From Macrostomum lignano (lineage: Eukaryota), in assembly GCA_002269645.1 (NCBI GenBank), contig NIVC01000528.1, positions 248,001-312,000 on the forward strand: a stretch of DNA of 64,000 nucleotides, written 5' to 3'. Below are positions 44,495-57,853 of this stretch, piece after piece. The position numbers were made by a program, and so were the translations under genes. The notes below the pieces were generated by a model. It was given only the letters and a program-made list of their open reading frames with translations. It was not told where the DNA came from and ran no database searches. Within the stretch, counting starts at the first letter, position 1. Each line of letters starts with the position of its first letter.

Positions 44495-47476
44495 CTACCC
44501 AGTCCTGGCGCTCAGGTGATCAGTTTGATACTCAAGTCGAACCCGGTCCTCTTCCTCTTTCCATCGCGCCAGATTTGCGCCCCTCCTATGAAAGTAGAAG
44601 GGAGACCGCGGACTGAGGCTGCGACCCAGGACAATGTCGCAGAATTCACGGAAGCTCACGGCGCCGTCCCGATCTGAGTCAGCCTCCGTCATGATGAAGT
44701 CCACCTCCGAATCGGTGGGATTCTCTCCCAACAGCTCCAGCGCTATTTTTACCTCGCCAGCGTCAAGGAAGCCGTTTTTATCTCGATCGAACAGGTCGAA
44801 GGCGGCCTTCAATTCGAGCAGCTCCTTTGTGTCCCGAGCACCGTCGCTGAGAAAACTCGGCTGCGTAGCTGCCGATTCCGTACCCGCTTGAAATCTTGAG
44901 CTGTTCATCATCAGAGTGAACTCCGTGAGGCTCAGTGCGCCTTTATCATCCTTGTCCCACTCATGAATTAGGTCCTGGGATCAAAGGTGCGTTGGGAGTA
45001 CAGAGAGATTCAGTTTAATGAAATCTGACAGTCTAGTGCAGTTTTGACTTCATCAGATCATCAATTACCATATATAGTCATCAGCTGAATTATTTAGTAG
45101 GCTGTCAGAAGTGCACTTTGAAGTTATAGTAGTAGTACTGTTAACTCAGATCTCTCAACAGATGCGCTATTAGGCAATGATGCTAATTAGCTAAAAAAAT
45201 GAAAACACGAAGTTCATGGAAAACACCCACTTCCTACTGCTGTAGTTCATGGGAGCTGTAGCCGGGGCAGTTCATCTACGAGCTAGTTAGGGATTCGCAG
45301 ACTATACGAGAGGTGATCAAAAAGTTCTGCAACCTCTTGTTATAGCTTTTAGTCATAAAATCGGCAAAAGCCAAAAACTTACACATATGCGGCTATATCT
45401 GTTTGCTATATTTATATGAATTTTTGGCTTCCAAATGTGCTCCAGTCAAATTTCACAGCCATATATTTTCCCTATGTGTTTTCAGAAGCTGATTGAACCA
45501 TCAAAAGACAGTGTTCGCTTCTACATATCTTTATGCGCATGCAACTTGGCTGCAGAGCGACTGAGATTCATACCGATCTGGTGAATGTTTTAGCTGACTC
45601 TACTCCATCATTGGACACAGTTGCCTGCTGGCTGCGACATTTCTCGGAAGACCGGGACAGCTTCAACGATGAACCAAGGTCTGGCCGACCCTGGACATCC
45701 GTGACCGAAGATGTCGTGGCCCATGCCGATGCAGGATTGGAGCATTACGCTAAGATTCCTTGCCTATGAGCTTGTTTTCAGCTATGGAGGTGCTCATAAC
45801 ATCATGAATGAGCAACTGGGCCGCACAAAGACCTACACTCGGTGGGTAACCCATCTTCTCACTCCGGAGCAGCAAGCAGAGAGGGTGCGCATCTGTCGCT
45901 TGTGGCTTCAAATTTTTTAGCCCCACGGCCCACAACGACTGTCGGATGTCATCACAGGAGACGAATGTTGGATCTCCTTCTTTACCATGAAGGATAAGCA
46001 GTCCAACATGGTCTGGCTGGCAGAAGATGAGTCTAGGCCCGAGGTGCTGAAGACCGGATTCCGCAGTCAGAAGCGGATGTTCACAACTTTTTTAACTCCC
46101 AGGGTGTTGTATTTGTAAACATCCTTCCAGCGGGTGCCACAGTGACTGTCAGGTACTACACAGACACCGTTCTGCCAGGCGTTCTGCAGGAGCGGCAGGA
46201 ACGTGCGCAAACCAGGCATGGACCTCGACTCCTGCTGCACCATGACAATGCGGCACCGCACAGAGTGGCCTCAACCATGGCGTACCTGGAGCAGCAGGGG
46301 TCCAGCTGCTGCCCCATCAACCCTACTCTCCAGACCTAGCACCGTGCGACTTTCGGCTGTTCCCGTGGATCAAATCCGTCATTTCTGGGAGGCCATTTTA
46401 CGTATACAAGACCTTGCCTAAGCGGTACAGGGTATACCAACTTCGGAGTACCATGACCACCAAAATGGGTGTCTGCGGCACCAAAATGAGTGCCTGCAGC
46501 CCCAAAATGAGTGCCTGCAGCCCCAAACTGCTTTCAGACATGGTGCACACGCATACAACGGTGCATAGACTGTGGTGGAAAGTACTTTGATAGAATCTGA
46601 CACTGATCAGCCTCCTCGGCTGCTGGAACACTGAGTTGTGAGGTCACTTGCAGAACTTTTTGATCACCCCTCGTACAAGTTACACGTTGCCGTTGTCGCT
46701 TGTTTCACAGGCTGCAATCTTATTTTAGCACTAGTTTTCAGATCTTTAAGAAACTTTTCTCCTTCAATAATTTCTTTAGAACATACGCTCGTACCGTTAG
46801 AACCAAAAAGCCTAAAATTCCATTTGAAATTTTCACTTTATTGCAAATTTTTTTTTACTGTTCGTCTCTATACCAAAAACACCAATTAGTCCACTGGAAA
46901 CGTTTGACGTGCACACGTAGACAGCAAACTTTGGAGATAAACCTTTGGAGAAACCTCTGGAGATAAAGATATTTTGGAAGTATATGAGCTTCCAAATCTG
47001 TGTCCAAAAGGTAAATTCAAACTCGCAAAAGGCCAGGACCATTTACTGGCGGGTTTGCTCTTCAGCTGCGGTGTTAAAAACTAAGCAATGTCCTCACCTG
47101 TGACTCAACAACCTGTGACACAGCCAATAACTCAACTAACATAATTAATTACCTCAACCTCGGTCTGCGTCACGTTGTACCCCAGATTGCGCATCTTTCC
47201 GCCGAGCTCGTCGGCCGATAGCACGCCGTCCAGATTGGAGTCGAACATTCGAAACACTTCGCACCATTGGCTAGTGAAGTCGGCCACAGTCAGGCTGGCC
47301 GATCTGGACAGCGGCTTGTAGCGACCGCGCAGGGCCGTAGGACTGCTGGGCCGCCGGCTCAAGCGCCGGAGTCGAGTGGAACGGATCGGCGGCACCTCCG
47401 GTAGGTCGTCGATCTCGCTGTCCTCACTGCCGCTGTTGCTCTGGCCGCCATTTGAACCAGCTGATTTTGAGCTCAT
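44495..47476 (-). CDS. Calmodulin-like protein with four EF-hands and N/C extensions; exons 47476-47153 and 44974-44495
   Basis: EF loops DSNLDGVLSADE, DKDDKGALSLTE, DRDKNGFLDAGE and DSDRDGAVSFRE; phase-0 GT-AG intron. Confidence 0.88.
45307..46673 (+). mobile_element. Mariner (Tc1/mariner, D,D34D) element, 1367 bp, decayed, in the intron of the calmodulin-like gene
   Basis: 26-bp TIRs CGAGAGGTGATCAAAAAGTTCTGCAA / TTGCAGAACTTTTTGATCACCCCTCG (1 mismatch) with TA on both sides. Transposase motifs DEPRSGRP, RWVTHLL, VITGDECW, LHHDNAAPH and YSPDLAPCDF are split by frameshifts. Confidence 0.95.
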
Positions 47477-49184
47477 TAATTGCTAACCGAAGGCGGAGTC
47501 GCTATCGTCTAAAGTAGATCATGAGATTCAAATTGACCAGCTGGTATGAGTACGATATCCCTTGGCTTTTATTTACCTCATTTACCTTAGTTATTTACCT
47601 CATATCCTTAAGGTACAACTCACATCAATAGGAAATAAAGAGAAATACGACGTATGCATATGGACATGCCGTTGTTTATTCGTCTACTTATATGTATGTC
47701 CTACGGTTGCTTAGCGGGGGTGTCTGGATGAAGTTCCTGGGTCTCTTGATAGTGCCAATAAGATTTCCTGGATGAATTAGCGTACGTAAAGGGTTTTATC
47801 CGGCTGTCCTTAGAAATCGAGGGGTTTCAAAACCAAAACATCGGATCCAAACGTGGTGATTTCAGTGAGGCGAAACTCCTATTTATAATCCCATGTCCAA
47901 GCTTATGTACAATCTAGTCATGCAAGGCTTATGCTTTAATGTTTTAATGGAAGTCTTACGTTAAGGCGTGTGGTTCGTTTCATTGTTATTTACTTGTACC
48001 CTTCATGATCGATCCGGATTCGAATGTAATTTCCATGCTTTTTTAATAGAACCGAATTACTCTAGGCCAACAAGTCACTATACTATACCTCTACCGTGCA
48101 TAAAAATCTCACCTGTAATTAATAAAGGTCAATCGCCTTCTGAACGAAAAATTTCGTCAACTCCACGACTTATTTGTGCTTTGTGTCAGTATTCGAGACG
48201 CTCTCCTTACTTGATATCGAAAGCGAATCCTGTTTGCTGGAACAGGCAAACTAAAAGTTTTTATTTGAGTCGAACAGTCTTTCTCAACCTTTCCTTATCA
48301 ATTTTGACTGGACATATTTTCTGCTTTTCTCATCTCTATCTGAATGTGCTGCCCAGTGCGTCCTCTGCGCGCGCACAGACCGAGTGTGCAGTCGACAGTG
48401 CGAGGAGCTGGAGAGGTAGCGAGCTGCAAAGAACACAATGGAACGAGTTTGTCTCGGCCAATCTTCACTCTGCTCTGCATGGCCGTAACCAATTCAAGTG
48501 AGTGACAAAAGAAAACTGCCCCCCACCAGCCGAGTCGCTTTACCTTACAGCACGGCTAAGGCTATCCGAAGGAGAAGGCGTAGTGCCAGCGGGCACAAGA
48601 CCATTCGAACTTCCAAGCACTCGTAGATGGTTGCAAGAGATTGTCTAAGCACAGGGCTTGAGAAGCGCAAAGTAGATGTACAGGACTTCCACTGAATGTG
48701 AAATAGCTATGGACGTGATATTCTGAACGACAATGACTGTAATTGTTTTTCTGCTTAGGAACAAAATTTGTTTCTATTCTTAGAATATTTTTCAGTTGCA
48801 TAAAAAGGCTATACATATCTTAAGACAGTTTTTCCTATTTTTTACTGTTCAAAATGCAAAGGGATGAGGTATTTGTGGCGACTATATTTCTGATTTCTGA
48901 TGCTTATGGATTAGGGTTCAAAGTTCTCAACGATGCCATTTACAAAGTCGAAAACAGAAAAATCAAGAATAATTTTATCAAGGTAACGCGGAGGCACATT
49001 CTCACTTGGATGACACCAAGATGCTCAAACGTCTGTTTTGCTCATTGTATATTTGTTAGTGGAAAAAAGTTAATTATTTTGTCAAGTTTAGCATTCACGA
49101 ATACACACATTTAGTAAGTAACTTAATTTTTTCGCCAGTTTCGAACTTTCGAGGATAGTCTATCGACCTGGATTCCCTACGAGG

Positions 49185-50022
49185 TCAGAGCGGCTCCTCG
49201 ATGCTCCTTCTGAGCATGATGACAAAGTCCTCGTAGCTGACCTTGCCAGTACCGCCTCTGTCCAGTTGTCCGATCATCTTGTTCACCTTTTCGTCTGTGC
49301 CGATCTCTCCCAGCACGTCCATGGTCTCCTTGAGCTCCTGGGCGCCGATGAATCCGTCCTGGTCTTTGTCCAGGAAGCCAAATATTGAGAACAGCACAGC
49401 GTGAGTGCTCCGGCGCTTTTTAGCCTTCTTTGAGCACACCAGGCTGGCGAAGTCGTAGAACTCCATAGACTGCACGTCGCGTTTAAGGTGGGCGTCGACT
49501 ATTTCCTGAAATATCAAACAATCGATGTGCATCTGCAATGATGGTATCTATAATCATATTGTAATGAATTTAAGTGTATTTAAAAAGCTTATAACTATAG
49601 TTTTAGATCTCTATAATTCAACAAACAAATATACAACATTTTCTATAACCTCAGCCATATCGTTCTGAATGGTAGCACAAAAAACAGATTCACTTTTTAA
49701 CTTTCACTTTTAAAAGATTGACAATGTAGCGTTGCTATACATTGACCGCTTTACTGGTGTTTACTCAACTTTTTTCTACCAAGCATGGTAAGAACATATT
49801 CAAAAATATTAATTCTACCTCAATATAAACCTCGTTGACGTAGAGTTGCAGAGCATCGAAGGCCTCTTTGAGCTTTGAGACTGGAATTCTGTCGTTCGAG
49901 GAGAATCGCTTAAACACTCCCATGCACTGCGTCAGGTCGTCTTCAGTCATCTCAACGCTACCGTCGATGCCTAGGAGGCGCTTGAGCTCTGTGCTGCTGC
50001 TGCTGCTGCTGCTGGACGTCAT
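49185..50022 (-). CDS. Calmodulin/centrin-like EF-hand protein with degenerate N-lobe; exons 50022-49819 and 49505-49185
   Basis: C-lobe FGFLDKDQDGFIGAQELK and LDRGGTGKVSYEDF; phase-0 intron GAG|GTAGAA...TTTCAG|GAA. Confidence 0.82.
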
Positions 50023-51954
50023 TTTTCGCTGAGAGCTGGACTCAGATTGGTTTTCCGAGGAAAAATTTAAAAAATTCTACCAGAACAGAAAGCCACTTAA
50101 GTAGCCTGTATGACTAGTGACCCCTACAGCACGCGGGAGGCCCGGCTTCAGCCAGTCATCGCGCGGCCCTGAAAATTTCTGGACACAAATGCAGAACCCC
50201 TTTGGACGCATTGTGACGCATAATTGCTGCTAGCCATCAATCATCACCTGCCACTCAATTTCTGCTACACAAGTCTGCAAGCTTTCCATTTAGAGTTTGA
50301 ACCGAAAGGTTATTTAATGTTAAACTAGTCTTGATTGACGTCAATTTATTGTTTTTTTTGGCTAATTGAGTGTGAGAAATGTTTTCTTCGGGTGCGAAAA
50401 AACCATCGCATACAGGTAAAAGAAGATTAAGAATAAAGATGACCTAGCATGCAGGGTTGCCGCATTCCATGGTGCAACTTGCGACAACTGACTGAAATTC
50501 AGTTCGCATTCAAGCGCTGCAGTTGTGTAGTGTTCTTTCGATTCGGAGCCAATTTTATAAAATTGAACGAAAGTCCTTAATGGATTTAAGTACGAGAAGC
50601 AGAGGTTTCGGAACGATTTTATGTGCACATAGGAGATTTTAGTGCTCCTTCGGTGCCTGTGTATTTTTTAGTACTCGTATTTTACAGGGGTCTTTGATTA
50701 CTTCGACCTAACCTAGATGGGGCCCCAGTTGATTTAAGCATTATTCAAAGGTGACACAGGATGCTAAGTAAAATATGCTGGACGCGAGCTGACAGGTATG
50801 AGTAGTTAAAATTGAAATACAGCGGTAACTTAGCGGTACTTAAAATCGATTTTGACTGCTAAAATCGATGCGCAAAAGGCTTTTACAACGAAAGGTCTAA
50901 ATGAAAGAAATCAGCAAGACCTTTGCCCACGCATTTATCAGAAGAAGCATAACAATGTTAGCCTTCCCAACTTGAAAGTTTTGAGGTATGGCAGCTGACT
51001 CAGAGCTATGTGTGGACTCACAACAACGCTGCCTGATTCGATTGTTTAACAAGTCTCAGCGTTTCATACAAAGAAAAAAGCTTTAGCAGAAACTCAAGCC
51101 CAGCCACTGTCTACAGGTACGGAATTTTTTGAGACCTTTCCTGGAATTTCCCACGCTCAGCTCCCGACGCCGGTTGGCACAATAGTCGTCATGCAGAAGA
51201 CCCGTGATGAATTCAAAAGTTTAGCTATATTAAAGGAGAGGCTGGAGCAGGAGATGGAGATGATGCGGCAAAGGAAGCTGGTTTTTAGAGGGGGTAGGGA
51301 TGCAGCTGACTCGTGAATAGCATACCAGAGTAGGCCAAAGGGAGGGGGCGCGGGTGGTATTTATTGATCTCCCTCTGTATTGAAGTTTTGCTGGCGCCTT
51401 GTGACATCTCACAGTCAGGGCGTTCAGTGGTTGCATTGCATGCGTTTCTGACTCTGAAGACAATAGTCTCCAAGAGCGCTGCTGTGTCCCGCCCGTCCCC
51501 CTGCGACGCTGCGAGTATAAGGGCACGGCAGAGTGAGCCGGCCTAAGCATCCACTTGTGTCTGCACCTCACATGACCTCTATAGGCAACGCGGTCTAGAA
51601 GGTTTCCTCAATTTCTTCATCCCTTCCTTTTCACCTGTTCCTCCTCACCGGTTGAGAGGGGGTTGGGGTTGGTGTTGCTGCAGTTTGTCTCTCGCGTCCT
51701 CGCCTGGCAACGGGTTGGAGTAGAAAGCCGCGGCTTAATCCCTCGCAAATGCTGCTTCCCCTCCCCCTTAATTCCGTGCCTACAGTTGCCACTCCGGCAA
51801 TTTGAATTTCTTTTGTTTTCTGCTAAAAAATTTCCTGAGCGCCTCATTTTCGGGTATATCTCCCCCGGCTTGACCAGAGGTTAATAGAATACTCACGGCC
51901 AGGTAAATAGCAAGTTGTAGGACTCGGCAAACTACAAACACTGAGACGCCAAAC

Positions 51955-54900
51955 ATGCCATCAAAGTCGAAGGTCGGTTTCGTCAACTCAGATAGCGGCA
52001 GTGGCCGCGGCGGCAACAACGGAGGCATCGACAGGAACAACAGCAGGAACAGCGAGGACGACAGCGAGGACGAGCGGCTGCTGGCGGAGCAGAGAGCCTC
52101 GGCCGACAAGCAGCTGCAGGAGATGGACGGGCTGGACGGATACGAGAAGATCGGCGTACCTGGCGGTGAGGGGCGAATGCCCAAGAAAATTCTTTGTTTT
52201 AAAGTGGCTTTCTGCCCAGCCCTTTTGCGAACGACACCTCCCTGTCTTATGTAGTAAAAATTGGTGAATATTCTTTTTATAAATTTCTCTCAGGACACTT
52301 TTAAGAGATACATCAAGTACGTCCACCCATTATCTTTGCCATCTTGATTGCAAAAATACCTGGGCGTTATTTCAAAGTAATATTGACAGGATTGTCAGGA
52401 AGTTTTATGACACTTCCCTAGGTAAGCTAGATCAGATCCAAACCTACTAGTATTAGTTTCAAGTTCAATTGGCGTCCTCCTTGACCGCCGCGTTTCAGCC
52501 CTCGCTCAGCTGCCTGCCCCGAAGGCTAAAAGGCAAGAATTCGATGCCAAAGCCGGTGCTAAGACTTTTGAAAAGTAAGTCGCACTTAAAACATGGAAGG
52601 AATTGCTTTCAACGAGTCGTAACGCTTTTATAGACATGAAAAATCTCACTCGCAGGCTGCCCAAGGTAACAGAGGAGATCGCTCGGCAGACTCTCATTGA
52701 ACATTCGCCGAAGAAGTGCTGCAACGGCCAGGGTCACTTGCGTACCATGCCAATCACAAAGGTCGAGAACACGCTAGCCTGGCATGTGAGTGCTATAAAC
52801 CTGACCTGCTTTTAAGCTTTAAGATGTGTAGTTTGTTGTGAAGGCTACGGTATGTCACAGTTATATGTGACTGCCCCACCTATGGAGACTTTTCACAAAT
52901 TTACAAGCCACCATTTTGAATATCCAGTACTCCCTGGAGAGTTTCGTTGAGTCCCGCTTCACCTGCTGGTCGTACGAGCCGTACACGGGCCAGCAGTTTG
53001 ATGGCAGGGAGAACGGCCGCGCCCCCGGCCCCTGGGACATCGAGCTGCACCCGAAAGAGATGTTCGCGGACGAGGACAGAGAGATCACCGTACCTCACTC
53101 GGCATCGGTTAAGGTGATATTAAAAAAAGTTAACGCAAGCTAAAATATAACGGAAGGAGAAAAACTGGAACACTTTTTACCATAGTATTTAAGGGTTCCA
53201 TAGATACCAAAATTGCAGCACGGTGATTGTTTGTGCGTACGATTTAAAAATTTACCTCCCAATCCAAAAACCACATTTCAACTTGCAGCCGTGCCACCAC
53301 TGCAGCCAGAGCGGCCGAGTGCCCTGCCGCAAGTGCCGCGGCAAGAAGACGGTCAGCTGCAGCGGCTGCTCCGGTCAGGGCAAAAAGATGCAGACGCAGG
53401 GCGCGGTGCCGCGTAAGGTGGTGTGCGGCGACTGCGACGGACACGGGAAGAAGCAGTAAGAGCGGTGGGGAGCGTAGCGCAGCAGTGGTCTTATGTACCA
53501 GCGGCCCAGGCTCGAATCCAAGCGCAGTCACATTAATTTGAGGCTACATTAGAATCTTGGCTTGGCTCTGCTCGTGCTATTAACACCCCTGAGGGCCAAC
53601 CTCCAAGGCACAGTTAAGTGTACATGCCTAACGATAAATAAATGTAGGGCCACTGTACACTCCTGTGTGTGTATGCGTGTGTGTGTACCTGTGTTTACGA
53701 CTGCGTACGTATCCGCGCGCTTGTGTGCTTGCTCAGGGGAGTCGGTAGAATGGGCAGTAAATAACGAGTAGCCTCTCGCAAGAACTACTAGAAGTTACCG
53801 TTGTAATAGCGGTTAACTTCTTGTCGGTGATCGGCCTCTCACCGACTGTGTGACAATTTCGCTTAAAAACACAGCCCCCTGTCTCTAAAGACACAGCCCC
53901 CTGTCTCTAAAGACACAGCCCCCTGTCTCTAAAGACACAGCCCCTGCCTCTAAAGACACAGCCCCCTGCCTCTAAAGACACAGCCCCCTGTCTCTAAAGA
54001 CACAGCCCCCTGCCTCTAAAGACACAGCCCCCTGCCTCTAAAGACACAGCCCCCTGTCTCTAAAGACACAGCCCCCTGCCTCTAAAGACACAGCCCCCTG
54101 CCTCTAAAGACACAGCCCCCTGTCTCTAAAGACACAGCCCCCTGTCTCTAAAGACACAGCCCCCTGCCTCTAAAGACACAGCCCCCTGTCTCTAAAGACA
54201 CAGCCCCCTGCCTCTAAAGACACAGCCCCCTGCCTCTAAAGACACAGCCCCCTGTCTCTAAAGACACAGCCCCCTGTCTCTAAAGACACAGCCCCCTGCC
54301 TCTAAAGACACAGCCCCCTGCCTCTAAAGACACAGCCCCTGCCTCTAAAGACACAGCCCCCTGCCTCTAAAGACACAGCCCCCTGCCTCTAAAGACACAG
54401 CCCCCTGCCTCTAATAAAAATCGGTAAAAATCAGAATCGCTTAGTTGGTTAGGTTGCAGGGGGTCTTTGGGCCCAACCGCAAAACCATGCAATGCAACAG
54501 TCGTGGTCACAGCCACCGCAACCAGCGAGGATGCAAACAGTCAAACCCATTGGACTCACATGGAAACTTACGCAAGTACACTCTCGCATAGGATGTACAG
54601 CGGCTCTGAGTTTCTCATCCTCAAGCATGTACACTCTCTTGCCTCTGGAGTTGGCCCTCATGGGTAAGAATATCGCACGAGTCCAGGAGGTCGAATTTCG
54701 AGCACTAGACCTGGTACTTTGGTGTGAGAGTACTTTGGTGCGAGAATCGAACGCTGAGCTACTCTTGCTAACCAGGACTTCTTAGGGAGAACTTAATGCT
54801 GAATAGTGATCACAATGTTCCTTGAGTCCTTAATTCAATGTTAGAGAACTTCTGATTTATGCGTGTCTAGTGTCATTGTACTACCATAGTGAAACAGCTA

Positions 54901-57853
54901 CGAGCTACCTGTACTTCTTTCGAGGTATAATTGCTTCATCTTTATCCTTTAAAGATCTTGATGTAACCGCCCTTGTCGCCTGTCCGCTCCGTAGAGAGAC
55001 GAACGCATGGCTAGAGGGGGCAATGACCGTAGGCTGCCTATGACCGGGCAATGACCTGACGGACCTCCAGCACCAGACTGTCCCGCCCACATGATTAGTA
55101 GCTTTGGTAGCGCTTCGTGACCAGAGGGCCAAGGACCCACATGGACCCCACCTGTAGCCAAGGTGCAATAGTTGGTCACTCGGTCATGGTATGACCGAGT
55201 GGCTGCCACCACTCTATGTGACCTGGCGCACCTGGATCTTTCTACCAGACCTCTCGAGGCTAGAGCCCCGCCTGGATTGGTTACCAGGGGATTTAGGCTA
55301 ACAGGGGAGACGCATGCAGCCGAGTACAGGGACTCTGCTTGGGGCATGATCGGGAACTCTGGGCTCAATCCTGGAGGATTTCTCAGCAGGGGATCCTTTG
55401 TGGCTGTGAGCGAGGCTGACTTGCGACTTTGATTACTAAGAGTAGTATGAGGCGAACATGTACTGTCTACAGTTTAGATTGCTCAGGGCGAAGGGACGCG
55501 TTAGCATGGGGTTGCAACCTTCCTACTGCCATTCTGTGCCAAGACTCGCTAATCCCTCTACTGCACGCACACGCGGCCCCGCAGCACGCACTCACAGGCG
55601 GGCTTTGCACGGGGAGAGGCCATTAGCTTACCCAAACTTCCTTATGCTTTGCCACCCCGGGAGAAAGGCTTAGCAAGCCATGAGTGAAATGATGGTGAAA
55701 GATTGAATAATGATGAAGTTAGTTAATAGCTAATAATTAGGCCCTTAGGCAAATAAGCAGGCAATTAGGCGGCTTCACTATTGAGTAAAATACAGCAAAA
55801 GATACGGTATCACAATTGGCTCAGCTCTCTAATCAGACAATGGAAAATAGGCAAACCCCGGATAAGCAAAGGCAATTAGAGCACAAATTAGTAGCAGGAA
55901 CTTACCGGCAGCTGCACAGAGAGAGAGAGAGGCGGAGTGACCGAGGGCGGCTGTAGGCTGCAGTCAGGCAGACGGTGAAGCGGCGATGCGCTGGAGCGAC
56001 GAGGCGCTGATGTAGATCAGGCGATGCTGATGATGCTGGGCGGTATCAGACCGCTGGCCGATAGGCGAGCTCACTTGGGGAGCTAAGGATAACTTGGCGG
56101 TAACAGACCGCGGGCCGGCAGGGATTCGTCTTATAGACGAATCGGTCAGAACTCAATCTGACAGCAAGTCCAAAGAAGGACGAGGAGAGGAACAGAGATA
56201 AACTCAGTTGAGTATTCTCATGCCGAAATCGCTTCCTTTTATAGACCTCACAGCCGCCTCCTCAAGGTCGTTACCATGGCTCCCTCTCTCTGATTGGCTG
56301 CCGGCAGAATGACGTCAGAATGAGTCATGATGAGAAGCATGAGACCGGCATAGCAACATGAGAAATCGGGAAATTGCGCAATCCGGAGGTGGGGTGGGGG
56401 ATAATTGGCGCAGCGGGTGGTCGCGAAAGTGTTGCGCAAGCAAACATTGAGAACAATAGGGCTGGGGTCGAGAACAAAGGAATTGGAAATCGGGGATAAT
56501 TGGGGAAAACTGAGAACAATGGAAAAGTAAACATTGGAGAAAAGGTGATAATTAGGTGCGAAAACGAGAACAAAAGAAAGAGAAAATCGGAGAAAATGTG
56601 ATAATTGGTGGGGTCGAGAGAACAAAAGAAGCAAAAACGAGAACAATAGAAGCGGAGGTGGGGTGGGTGTCACATGAGAAATTTGGGAAGGAGAACAATA
56701 GCGTGAGAAAAGGTTGCGCAAGAGAGGGGGATGAGTCATCGATGAGTCACCGAGGGGAGAAGGGGTCACACGACTTGCGTCACCGTTTGGGAGTTTGAGA
56801 GGGGATGGGGAGACGGTGAGCACACAACGTACTGTAAGTAGACACAGGGAAAGAGGGGACAGCGCAGGAAAAGAGTGCAGAGGGAGACAAAAAAAAGGAG
56901 GAGGTAGAGAAAGTACAGGAAGAATAGGGCGGGAACAGAAGAGATAGGGTAGAGGGGGGGGTACAGAAAGGGGTAGGGGCTCCGGAAAGGCAGGTGTGGC
57001 GGCAGGAGAGACGGGACCAAGGCAGCAGGAGGGGTGCAGCAGAGCGGGAGTCTCCAGGCCCGGTCGGAGACCTGGCCGAGTCTCGACAGCTCTGTGCAGA
57101 GGGTGCACGGGATAGGAGGCACTTTCGAAAAAGTTCCCATGCCCTATCCCGCGACCAGAGCGTGGTTACATCAATCTTGCTATGTTATTTTTAATCATCT
57201 TCGTTGAATCCCACTGAAAATTGAATGAGATTTCCGAATTAGAAACTTCCTCTGCATTGTCAGAGCTGTGCCAATCAATTTGGAACTTCAACTTGCAACC
57301 TTCGTCACGGCACCCCATACAGCTGTCCGGTGTGCCAAGGCAACGGCGACGAGCAGTGCAGCACCTGCAAGGGGCAAAAACGGCTGGTCATCACCGTGAA
57401 AATGAAGTGCGAATGGCGCCGAAAGGACGTTGACTTTATCGAGGAGAAGACTGACATGCCCGACGAACTGGTGCGGAACGTCACGGGAAAGGATATTTTC
57501 GAGGAAGAGGCCGAAAGTGTAAGCCTATTGTTTGCTTCTTGTTGATGTTCGCGCAAAGAATGATGGGCCAAATATGGACTAAAAAGTGAAACGCAATCCC
57601 TGACTTGCAGGTATCGCCGATCACAAACTTTCCCTATCGCGCCGTCAACGAAGCGTCTCGCAAGCTGATCTCGGCGCACGACAAGAACTTCTCCGGTCAG
57701 CGGGTGATCCGACAGCGGCACCAGCTGCGCGGCGTCCCAGTGACCGAGTGCCATTACGAGCACGACAGCAGGCTCGGCGCCTTCTTCGTGTACGGCTTCG
57801 AGAACATGCTGTACATTGAAAATCCACCCAGCGGCGGGTGCAGCCTGCTCTGA
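51955..57853 (+). CDS. SSUH2: SSUH2 homolog (DnaJ-type CxxCxGxG zinc-finger repeats, C-terminal CaaX); exons 51955-52165, 52499-52574, 52656-52785, 52928-53113, 53289-53455, 57323-57518, 57611-57853
   Basis: PKVTEEIARQTL...KCC, YSLESFVESR, PGPWDI, VPHSASVK, repeated CxxCxGxG, VSPITNFP, VPVTECHY and FFVYGFE match recalled SSUH2; the protein ends in CSLL. All splice phases are consistent. Confidence 0.9.
53461..54420 (+). mobile_element. tRNA-derived SINE, copy 2, with tandemly amplified 3' tail (SSUH2 intron 5)
   Basis: B-box GGCTCGAATCC (53509-53519), body similar to 20265-20505, ends in CACAGCCCCCTGCCTCTAATAAAAA. Confidence 0.72.
53870..54416 (+). repeat. 22-bp minisatellite (CACAGCCCCCTG[C/T]CTCTAAAGA), about 25 units
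   Basis: Direct inspection; the unit matches the SINE terminal segment. Confidence 0.96.
54839..57170 (-). mobile_element. Solo-LTR-like element (~2.3 kb), antisense in SSUH2 intron 5
   Basis: TG...CA ends flanked by TCAA on both sides (54835-54838, 57171-57174); minus-strand CCAAT and TATA; no RT/gag ORF. The left boundary rests on a 4-bp TSD only. Confidence 0.45.
56237..56749 (-). promoter_or_regulatory. Pol II promoter/enhancer: TATA (56237-56244), CCAAT (56293-56297), CRE, AP-1 and C/EBP sites
   Basis: CTATAAAA on the minus strand; TGACGTCA 56310; TGAGTCA at 56321, 56732, 56743; TTGCGCAA at 56374, 56432, 56714. Confidence 0.55.
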
